The translations under genes and the position numbers were made by a program. A stretch of 64,000 nt of DNA from an uncultured Acidobacteriaceae bacterium (GTDB lineage: Bacteria; Acidobacteriota; Terriglobia; Terriglobales; Acidobacteriaceae): contig CAZGSU010000024.1 in the NCBI GenBank assembly GCA_964528615.1, forward strand, positions 10,459-74,458. Direction: 5' to 3'. The notes beneath the pieces are model-generated. The model searched no databases and was not told the origin of the DNA. It was given only the letters and a program-made list of their open reading frames with translations. This document shows positions 1 to 7,422 of the stretch, piece by piece (position 1 is the first letter of the stretch; the number at the start of each line of letters is the position of its first letter).

Positions 1-1
1 T

Positions 2-1075
2 CCGGAGCTGAACGCCGAGTCGTCCGCGCGCCGTTTGCAGGGCCCACAGGCCGCGGTGGTTGCGCCTCCGCCCCGAATGGACGCCGCTTCACCGCGCCGG
101 TTGGGAGACATCAACATTGGTCACACCGAAGTGGTGGCGCCCGCACCGGAGTTGGCCGTAGCCGAGCAGCGCACACTGGGCGGCGGCGGCCAGACGGCAC
201 TCGGCTCTGCTGGACCTGCGGTCGTGCCGCCACCACCGTCGATTCAGGGCAATGCCGGTTCAGGCTCGGGTGGAAGGCTCATCTCGCTCGGAGTTCATCC
301 CGCGGCGATGCGCGAACCGCTGGAAACACCAAATGGAAATCGCCGCGGCACTTTTGCCGCCACTCCCGCCGGAAAAACGGGCGCAGCGGGCACTCCCGAC
401 GTTGCGACGAACGACTCGGGCAGCGGAAGTTCATCCGCCAGCAAGAACCGCAACGGGATTCCTTCGGGACTCATGGTCGGCGCCGCCCCCAATACTCAGA
501 ACAGTTCTACCGTCGCGGGCCAGGGACAGGGAAATGGAACTGGCGGCGGCACTGCGGCCGCTCAGAATTCGGACAACTCCCGATTGATTGCCGACGCTAC
601 CCCGCCACGGGTTAGTGCGACTCCGCCCGCTTCCGAGGTCTCCGAAGAAAAAGCCACCGATGTCGATCACTGGATCTTCGGTGACCGGAAGTTTTATGCC
701 ATGACGTTGAACATGCCGAACCTGAATTCGGCCGGCGGAAGCTGGGTGATTCGCTTCGCCGAACTCAACGGGAATGAAACCAAGGGTGAGCTGACAGCGC
801 CGGTGGCGACGCAGAAAGTTGATCCGGCCTATCCGCTGGAGATGATGCGCCGCAATGTACACGGGACAGTCACGCTCTACGCCGTGATTCGCAACGACGG
901 TTCGGTGACCGATGTGCGCGTTTTGCGGGGCGTGGACGACCAGCTCGACCAGTACGCCCGCGCCGCGCTGTCCCATTGGCGCTTTCGTCCGGCGACAAAG
1001 AACGGCGCTGCCGTGGATCTGGAAGCGGTGGTGATGATTCCGTTCAGGCCAGTACGGGGAAAGTCTAGTTTCTAG
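2..1075 (+). CDS. TonB-family protein with C-terminal TonB_C domain; 5' end runs off the window
   Basis: Frame is open from the window edge. A Pro/Gly/Ala-rich linker is followed by a TonB_C-like segment YPLEMMRRNVHGTVTLYAVIRNDGSVTDVRVLRG...ALSHWRFRPATKNG. The last codons lie inside a heptad repeat array. Confidence 0.8.
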   Translation, partial: PELNAESSARRLQGPQAAVVAPPPRMDAASPRRLGDINIGHTEVVAPAPELAVAEQRTLGGGGQTALGSAGPAVVPPPPSIQGNAGSGSGGRLISLGVHPAAMREPLETPNGNRRGTFAATPAGKTGAAGTPDVATNDSGSGSSSASKNRNGIPSGLMVGAAPNTQNSSTVAGQGQGNGTGGGTAAAQNSDNSRLIADATPPRVSATPPASEVSEEKATDVDHWIFGDRKFYAMTLNMPNLNSAGGSWVIRFAELNGNETKGELTAPVATQKVDPAYPLEMMRRNVHGTVTLYAVIRNDGSVTDVRVLRGVDDQLDQYARAALSHWRFRPATKNGAAVDLEAVVMIPFRPVRGKSSF

Positions 1076-1161
1076 ATTCCTAGATCCAGTTTCCGGTTTC
1101 TAGTTTCTAGTCCTCATACGATTCCGCCGGCACGACATCAACTGGAAACCTAGAAACTAGA
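1064..1161. repeat. heptad-repeat inverted-arm element, family A (unit TCTAGTT / GTTTCYR)
   Basis: Left arm 1064-1112 is TCTAGTT TCTAGAT TCCTAGA TCCAGTT TCCGGTT TCTAGTT TCTAGTC. Right arm 1140-1161 is AACTGGA AACCTAG AAACTAG A. tctagtttctag pairs with ctagaaactaga. Confidence 0.9.
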
Positions 1162-1175
1162 CGCTCGGGACTGCC

Positions 1176-3404
1176 TCACTTCCCTGCCCCCACCTTACCC
1201 TCCAGCATGGCGTAAATTGCCGGATTGGAGCATACCTCGTAGTAGTCTTGTCCGGTCCAGTGCTGCAGGGAAAATTTCTGAGGATCAATTTGCGGAATCT
1301 GGCCGGCGCGCACCAGGATTTTCTTGAAAATGTCATTGCCGACGGGAACCAGGCCGCTATGGAGTTGAAAAACTTCGCTACCCCAAAGTGCCGGCAAATC
1401 GAGTTGGCACGGTTCGATTGAGATTTCCTGCTGCAGCCGCTGGAAAGCTGCCCGGCTGATGCGAATTCCGTTGATATTGTATTTCAGGATGAAATCGTCC
1501 GGGCTGTCGACGCCGTCGCCGTCGTTCACGGTCTGAAAGGCATACACATTGAACGGGACCTTCACACCCTGGATGGCCTTGCGCACTCGCTTGCTGCAGG
1601 AGGACAGACGGTCACTCTCATTCAGGGCCTCGGAAATCATGATCTGATGTTCGCCGTCCATCAGGTACATGGGCGCGGAATCCTGAAACGAAATACCTGT
1701 TCCCAGTTCCAGAGTCGGCAGTCCTGCCCGCTCCAGAAGGTGGTTGTAGCCGCGCACGATCTCGATCATCTCCCGCGCCAGCACGCAAGCTCGAGCGACC
1801 GCAAGAGGAGGCTCGCCTTCGCGCTCCAGCATGGCGACGATGATGGCATCGCCTTCGACGAACACTTTGCTGGCGCCGTATTTGGCCAGCAATTTGTTGA
1901 CCGGATCGTAGAAATTCAGACTGAAGTAGGAAGCCGGATTCATTCCCTGCTCGAGCAAAGACCGGGTAAGCCGGGAAGAGTCGCGAATATCCGCCTTCAG
2001 AATCACGTGGCGCAGGACTTTGTCTTCAGACGGCTTCTGCTCTTCCGGGAGCAGGAATTCGTATAGCGTGCCGTTCATGGCGGAGAGGTCCCGCATCTTT
2101 TGATTGCCGATCAGATTGCCACCATCCAGGGCGGAATTCAGGGTTTCGAGTCGTCGCAAATCGCGGTGATAGCGCAGGAAATCACGCAGAAAACGCGCCG
2201 CCATCTTTGCCCGTTCCGTTCCGCGGCACGCCGCGACTCGGGCCATGGCAGAGTACAGGCTTTCGACCGACAGTTTGCCGTGCTCTTCGATCAGTTTCTC
2301 CACCCGGTCGCGCTCTTCCCGCGAGATCAGGCCATTCTTCAATTGCTGGGCATTGATGCGCGGCGAGTATTCGGATAGCAGCGGCACCACTTCGTAGGAC
2401 GCGATCACGTGGTCCATGAGCTTCTCGCGCTCGAGCAATTGCACCCAGGACTCCAGGCGCGCCCTCTGGCCGCGGCCCTCGCGCGTGCTCTCGTCGGGCT
2501 GGCCCGCACCTACCAGCTCATGGGCATTTTCCGGGACGTTCAGCCAGCCGTCGATTACGCTGTCGTCCTCCGCTTTCGGACCCAGATGCAGTGACAGCAG
2601 AAATTCGCGAGCCACCCGGCGCACATTGGAAAATCGGTCGGGGTCGCGATCGAAGTTGCCCAGCATGACATAGTGCTCTGCGTTCAGGTAGGTATCGCAG
2701 CCGTCTTCGGTGAAAACCAGCGGGTTGAGGAACAGCTTGTATTCCGCCTCGGCACGGTTGCCGAAAAGCGATCGCCGCATGCGGGCCAGTGTTTCTTTCT
2801 CAATCTCGCGCAGGATGCGGAACAATTCCTGCCCCGTCTTGCGCAGGATGATCTTTTTGGCGACCTGGAAACTGGCAACCCTCTCGCGATACTCCAACGC
2901 TTTCTGCTGGCGCACGCCTTCGTAACTCTTGAGCATCATGCGCCCGCGTTCCAGGAGTTGCGCGAACTGCGAGTTCAACTCGATGCGCAGAAATTTAATG
3001 ATCGCCGCCCTGCCCAGAACATCGACGGAAAGGTTTTCCGCCGCCTTGGCGCGATTCAGGGTCGAAACATGGAGGTCAGCGAGCAGAGGTTTGAGTTCCG
3101 ACGGGCTGGCCTTGGGCTGTTGAACCTTCAACGAGGCCATGGATCCGGCAAAATGATGGCCTGCCGTTCTCTCCTGCGTCTCGGCAGCCAGCAGTCCGTC
3201 CATGTTACCGTGGCGCACGATCAGGCTTGCGATCCGGGGCCGCGCCTGCTCGACAAATCGCGGGCTCAGATGAACATCGTGACGGAGGTTGTCCACACCC
3301 AATTGCAGATCTTCCAGAGTAAGCTTGGGCGTGTAACTGCTTAGGTGGGGTGGTTCGATCTCCTCGGGGGAGCGTCCGAGTTTGAAGATGGGGATGCGAG
3401 GCAT
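1176..3404 (-). CDS. large protein with C-terminal class III nucleotidyl-cyclase-like domain
   Basis: 742-aa ORF with ATG start. Motifs ILKADIRDSSRLT, VFVEGDAIIVAM, LGTGISFQDS and ALNESDRLSS match the positions of the two metal Asp and the Asn..Arg of adenylate/guanylate cyclases. The N-terminal ~440 aa is helical and not recognised. Confidence 0.6.
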   Translation of the reverse strand: MPRIPIFKLGRSPEEIEPPHLSSYTPKLTLEDLQLGVDNLRHDVHLSPRFVEQARPRIASLIVRHGNMDGLLAAETQERTAGHHFAGSMASLKVQQPKASPSELKPLLADLHVSTLNRAKAAENLSVDVLGRAAIIKFLRIELNSQFAQLLERGRMMLKSYEGVRQQKALEYRERVASFQVAKKIILRKTGQELFRILREIEKETLARMRRSLFGNRAEAEYKLFLNPLVFTEDGCDTYLNAEHYVMLGNFDRDPDRFSNVRRVAREFLLSLHLGPKAEDDSVIDGWLNVPENAHELVGAGQPDESTREGRGQRARLESWVQLLEREKLMDHVIASYEVVPLLSEYSPRINAQQLKNGLISREERDRVEKLIEEHGKLSVESLYSAMARVAACRGTERAKMAARFLRDFLRYHRDLRRLETLNSALDGGNLIGNQKMRDLSAMNGTLYEFLLPEEQKPSEDKVLRHVILKADIRDSSRLTRSLLEQGMNPASYFSLNFYDPVNKLLAKYGASKVFVEGDAIIVAMLEREGEPPLAVARACVLAREMIEIVRGYNHLLERAGLPTLELGTGISFQDSAPMYLMDGEHQIMISEALNESDRLSSCSKRVRKAIQGVKVPFNVYAFQTVNDGDGVDSPDDFILKYNINGIRISRAAFQRLQQEISIEPCQLDLPALWGSEVFQLHSGLVPVGNDIFKKILVRAGQIPQIDPQKFSLQHWTGQDYYEVCSNPAIYAMLEGKVGAGK

Positions 3405-3724
3405 GGTTGGCGGTCTTTTTTTTCCTTTACGGCCGCCGCACTGGGCGAACCATGCTGGCGCGAAATTGCATCACAGTTGGATTGTGCTTCATCGCGTGAA
3501 TCAGCGTGAGCAGGAATCAGCCCCCGCTTTCAACTCCCTCTCCTTGCAAGCTGCTGATATTCCTACCTATTCGCGAGCCTAGCATGCGTGCCGACCTCGG
3601 CCAACGTTACCCAAGTTTGCGGTCTGCCCGGAGACTGGGCAGCGGCGAACAATGCATTCCAGTTACTTCGGTCACCGTGCTGATGACCAAGCGTCAAGGT
3701 ATGATTTGTCGAACCGTGACCTCC

Positions 3725-4657
3725 ATGAAGAAGCTAAGATTCCTGGTTTCGCTGACTACCGACGACAACGATTATCAGACCGAGCAAGCCGCCGCTGCCG
3801 AAGAGGCGGCCCGGCGTCTGGGCGTGGAAATTAAAATCATCTACGCCGGTAACGACTCCATCACCCAGAGTCAGCAGATTCTGAACGCGATTCAGTCGCG
3901 ATCAGACTCCCAGCCTGATGGGATCATCTTCGAGCCTGTGGGTGGGACCGCTCTGCCGCAGGTGGCTCGTGCCGCCGTGGCCGCGGGTATTGCCTGGGTT
4001 GTCCTGAATCGAAGCGTCGAGTACATTGCCGAGATCCGCAAGACGTCCAAAGTTCCGATCTTTGTGGTCAGTTCGGACCACGAGCAGATCGGGCGCATCC
4101 AGGGACACCAGTTCGCTGCGCTTCTGCCAAAGGGCGGATCGGTGCTGTATGTTCAGGGTCCGGCTGACAGTCTGGCCGCCAAGCAGCGCACCAGCGGCAT
4201 GTATGAGACCAAGCCTGCAGAAGTCCAGGTGAAGGTCATGAGAGCGCAGTGGACCGAAGCCAGCTCCTATCGGGCTGTAAGTTCCTGGCTGCGGTTGTCT
4301 ACCTCGCATCAGGCCCGGATCGATCTGATTGCGGCCCAGGACGATGGCATGGCGCTGGGCGCCAGAAAAGCCTTTCAGGAACTGCCCGACAATGACGCCA
4401 AGCGGCGCTGGTTAAGCCTGCCGTTTATCGGATGCGATGGCCTACCCAAGACCGGTCAGGCATGGGTGAAAAGAGGATTGCTGACGGCTACGATTTTCGC
4501 GCCGCCCAACACGGGTCAGGCGCTGGACATGCTGGCCAAGGCCTTCAACAGTGGGACCGTGCCGCCGGAACTCACTCTGACTGCACCGGTGTCGGTGCCT
4601 GCTCTCGACGCGCTGGCTACGACCCACGCGGAAAAAGTACGGTTGCTGTCGGTTTAG
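3725..4657 (+). CDS. periplasmic-binding-protein type I fold (sugar-binding-like) protein
   Basis: Start taken at ATG 3725 (MKKLRFLVSLTTDDNDYQTEQ...). The ORF is open to 3506, but that extension looks non-coding. The alternating beta-alpha pattern is typical of sugar-binding and LacI ligand domains. No signal peptide or HTH is seen. Confidence 0.7.
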   Translation: MKKLRFLVSLTTDDNDYQTEQAAAAEEAARRLGVEIKIIYAGNDSITQSQQILNAIQSRSDSQPDGIIFEPVGGTALPQVARAAVAAGIAWVVLNRSVEYIAEIRKTSKVPIFVVSSDHEQIGRIQGHQFAALLPKGGSVLYVQGPADSLAAKQRTSGMYETKPAEVQVKVMRAQWTEASSYRAVSSWLRLSTSHQARIDLIAAQDDGMALGARKAFQELPDNDAKRRWLSLPFIGCDGLPKTGQAWVKRGLLTATIFAPPNTGQALDMLAKAFNSGTVPPELTLTAPVSVPALDALATTHAEKVRLLSV

Positions 4658-4787
4658 GTTCTCCTTTCAGCGTAATTTCCCATACGAGCGGCGAACGCTC
4701 TTCACCGCAGAGAAAGTTCGAGAGACCGTAGAGAAAACGCTGACTGCGGCAACGGGTCAGTTTCACGATACATCCCGCAAATCTAAT

Positions 4788-4856
4788 CCACCACCAAGGA
4801 CACGAAGTATGACGATGGCGTCTTACCCTCTAGGCTCTCCTTCGTGACCCTTGTGG
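4788..4856. repeat. imperfect hairpin containing a dispersed CCTTCGTGNCCCTTG motif
   Basis: ccaccaccaaggacacgaag (4788-4807) faces ccttcgtgacccttgtgg (4839-4856). The second arm recurs at 17753. Confidence 0.7.
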
Positions 4857-4966
4857 TTAACGGTTTTCGCGATTGACCCATTGCCCGATCGCCTGCAGCT
4901 TTCACACCCCTGACTCATCTTGATACATTATTCGTTTCTTATCGCTTGTTTACGCAAGGAGACACC

Positions 4967-5329
4967 ATGCCCACTTTGGTCGCCCAGCCCACACGCATTC
5001 GCGCCGCCGGCACAAAACCGAAACTCATCGACGAGTTCATCGGCCGGGTCAACACCAAGACTTCAGGAGTGAGCGTGGCCCACATGCACAGTCCGCAGGG
5101 CTGGGAAGAACCAGGACAAACGCCCGAATTCGACGAGTTCACCCTGGTGCTCAAGGGAGTTCTGCGGGTGAAGTACAAAGGCGGTGAGATGGACGTTCCC
5201 GCCGGTCAGGCGGTCATCGCCCACCGCGGCGAGTGGGTGCAATACTCGACGCCCGGAGAAGGCGAAACGGAATACATCGCCGTGTGCCTGCCCGCATTCG
5301 CGATGGAGACGGTGCACAGGGACGCATGA
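4967..5329 (+). CDS. cupin domain protein
   Basis: ATG at 4967 is preceded by aaggagacacc. Small beta-barrel pattern FTLVLKGVLRVKYKGGEMDVPAGQAVIAHRGEWVQY. Confidence 0.7.
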   Translation: MPTLVAQPTRIRAAGTKPKLIDEFIGRVNTKTSGVSVAHMHSPQGWEEPGQTPEFDEFTLVLKGVLRVKYKGGEMDVPAGQAVIAHRGEWVQYSTPGEGETEYIAVCLPAFAMETVHRDA

Positions 5330-5509
5330 AGCCGCCGGGTTCCGTTCTTCAACATCCCCACTTTCGCAAAGGAAGCGAAAAATGGGGCACCCGCTGATGT
5401 GCACCCGCTGACTCTGATTCGGATTTTGAATCCTGCGGCCCTCCATCATGGGTCATAATGCGTGAGCCGTCGATGTATCTTTCCCGATTGGGTGAATCCG
5501 GCAACTCGC

Positions 5510-6316
5510 ATGTTGATCCGTCTGGGATATGACATCCAATTCGAGATCCCCGCAGCCGTCGCCATGGTGGGGATGTTGTATGTGCATCCTTCCAGAGTTG
5601 CAGACCTGCGCGAAGCGGATGAGGTAAACATTGACCCTGCTCTCCGGGTGGAGAGCTACATGGATAGTTACGGCAATCGCTGTGCCCGATGGTTAGCGCC
5701 CGCAGGACCGCTCCATTTGAGTGGTTCCACTTTAATCGAGGACCCGGGAACACCGGATGAAGGTAATCCCGACGCACAGGAGCATCCGGTGAATGAATTA
5801 CCGCCGGAGACGCTGCGCTATCTGCTAAACAGCCGGTACTGCGAGGTGGACCGGCTGTCGAATATTGCAGTCGAGTTGTTCGGTCACCTGAAGCCGGGAT
5901 GGAGCCGGGTACAGGCAATCTGTGGCTGGGTGAACTGGAAAGTGGCATTCGGCTACCATCATGCGCGCTCTTCAAAAACTGCTCTGGATGTGTTCACCGA
6001 GCGCACCGGAGTCTGCCGCGACTTCCAGCACCTGGCGGTCACCTTCTGCCGCGCGTTGAACATTCCAGCCCGCTACGCGACGGGTTACCTGGGCGACATC
6101 GGTGTTCCGCCAGAACCGACCCCAATGGACTTCAGCGCCTGGTTCGAAGTTTATCTGCAAAATCGCTGGTGGACGTTTGACGCACGCCACATTCAGCCGC
6201 GAATCGGTCGCGTGCTCATGGCCACCGGACGCGATGCCTCCGATGTCGCGATTACGACCTCGTTCGGGATTGCGAACCTGACGGGGTTTAGTGTGATGAC
6301 GGAAGAAGTGAAGTGA
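5510..6316 (+). CDS. transglutaminase-like family protein
   Basis: Cys core GVCRDFQHLAVTFCRALNIPARYATGYL with downstream FSAWFEVYL and FDARH. N-terminus MLIRLGYDIQFEIP is typical of the family. The ORF is open to 5462. Confidence 0.85.
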   Translation: MLIRLGYDIQFEIPAAVAMVGMLYVHPSRVADLREADEVNIDPALRVESYMDSYGNRCARWLAPAGPLHLSGSTLIEDPGTPDEGNPDAQEHPVNELPPETLRYLLNSRYCEVDRLSNIAVELFGHLKPGWSRVQAICGWVNWKVAFGYHHARSSKTALDVFTERTGVCRDFQHLAVTFCRALNIPARYATGYLGDIGVPPEPTPMDFSAWFEVYLQNRWWTFDARHIQPRIGRVLMATGRDASDVAITTSFGIANLTGFSVMTEEVK

Positions 6317-6317
6317 T

Positions 6318-6360
6318 AGGTTTCCAGTTTCTGCAGGAAGAATCTGGAAACTAGAAACCT
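6318..6360. repeat. heptad-repeat hairpin, family A
   Basis: aggtttccagtttctgcagg / tctggaaactagaaacct gives a ~16-bp stem with one mismatch and two G:U pairs. Lies between convergent genes. Confidence 0.85.
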
Positions 6361-6414
6361 GTCTCTAAGTGCAGACGTAATCCACGACTCTAGATCTCGA
6401 CCGCACCCTTCGAA

Positions 6415-6678
6415 TCAAGCCTCCGAACTTGGTGGCTGTTCTTGCATCCCTTCCAGCAAACTGGCGATGTGCTCGAGACGCTGGCTGATGAGTCGTGTCG
6501 ACGGCGCGTTCTTCTGGGCCATCAGGATCAGTTTTACCGAAACCAGGAAGACACCGGTCTCAAGGAGCAGTTCGTGGGTGAATCCTTTGACGACTATGGA
6601 CACGAGAAAAAGCACCAGGGTCAGAGCAATTACAACCGCCGACCAGGGATCGGATTGCTTCAATTCTTCCTTTGACAT
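6415..6678 (-). CDS. small membrane protein, hypothetical
   Basis: 87-aa ORF with two hydrophobic helices (AVVIALTLVLFLVSIVV, GVFLVSVKLILMA). No family recognised. Confidence 0.5.
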   Translation of the reverse strand: MSKEELKQSDPWSAVVIALTLVLFLVSIVVKGFTHELLLETGVFLVSVKLILMAQKNAPSTRLISQRLEHIASLLEGMQEQPPSSEA

Positions 6679-6751
6679 AACTCCGTCTCCTTGGCTATGG
6701 ACTGCTGCGAAGCCGGTGCTGACGACTGAAGACCGAAGACTGGCGACTGGT

Positions 6752-7357
6752 TTACGGCGCTTCGATCAGTTCCATCTTGCCATCGCGGGTGCGATGCAGG
6801 ACCATCACTTTTCCTTTGGGATCACGGAAGACGAATACATCGCGGTCGCGGAAGTGTGCTTCTTTGATGGCCTCCTCGAGAGTCATGGGGTGCCGGGCGA
6901 CGGCATCTTCGGAACGCACCAGATGGACCTCGGTGGATTTGGCGACGGCGGGGAATTTGTGCACCACCAGTGAAATCTCGGTGGTTTCTGAGAGTCCGAT
7001 CGCAGCCGGAAGGGCCTCCTGGGCAGCTTTTCCATTCCATTTCTGGTTATGGTTTTCGTGCTGATGCCGCTTTTTGCTGCGCCATCGGGTCTTGTATTTG
7101 ACCGCCTGCTTTTCCAGGTGATCGATCGCCTGGCTGATGGCGGACTTCATGTCGCCGGCCTGAGCCACGCCGACCAACGGCCCGTTGCGCGGGCTGATGG
7201 TGATTTCCGCTTTGTGGCGGTGTTTTTCGATGGCCAGGGTTACCTTGCTATCGAATTTGTCGCCCAGAATCTTGCGGATTTTTGCCAGGCCGGTTTCGAC
7301 TGACTTGCGGAGGGTGGGAGTGATCTCGCACTTTCTGCCGGTAAACTCTACATTCAT
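6752..7357 (-). CDS. hpf: ribosome hibernation promoting factor, long form
   Basis: N-terminal S30AE-type MNVEFTGRKCEITPTLRKSVETGLAKIRK...KAEITI plus a C-terminal dimerisation-type domain PMTLEEAIKEAHFRDRDVFVFRDPKGKVMVLHRTRDG. Lies directly downstream of rpoN. Confidence 0.9.
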   Translation of the reverse strand: MNVEFTGRKCEITPTLRKSVETGLAKIRKILGDKFDSKVTLAIEKHRHKAEITISPRNGPLVGVAQAGDMKSAISQAIDHLEKQAVKYKTRWRSKKRHQHENHNQKWNGKAAQEALPAAIGLSETTEISLVVHKFPAVAKSTEVHLVRSEDAVARHPMTLEEAIKEAHFRDRDVFVFRDPKGKVMVLHRTRDGKMELIEAP

Positions 7358-7422
7358 GAGCGCCCCTTTCTATCTTATGGGCCCCGACTTGCGGCAGGGC
7401 TAAAGCCGTACCCTTCCCGCTG

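Noticed and set aside
1176-3404. Cyclase-like gene as part of a Pycsar or CBASS-type defence operon
   Set aside because: No adjacent effector (TIR, TM, nuclease, patatin or cNMP-binding) or accessory genes are present. The neighbours are a TonB-like gene and a sugar-binding-fold gene on the opposite strand.
3456-3470. Sigma-54 promoter TGGCGC-N-TTGCA upstream of the sugar-binding-fold gene
   Set aside because: The GG to GC spacing is one nucleotide shorter than in the canonical -24/-12 arrangement (checked against the glnAp2 and nifH layouts). The site is also about 260 nt from the likely start codon.
3506-3724. N-terminal extensions of ORF-track calls (3506, 5462, 25530, 31510, 47196-49109, 49041, 53633, 57559, 60785)
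   Set aside because: The extensions add compositionally odd residues ahead of a clear family-typical N-terminus or signal peptide. Some would overlap neighbours or repeat arrays, so internal starts were preferred.
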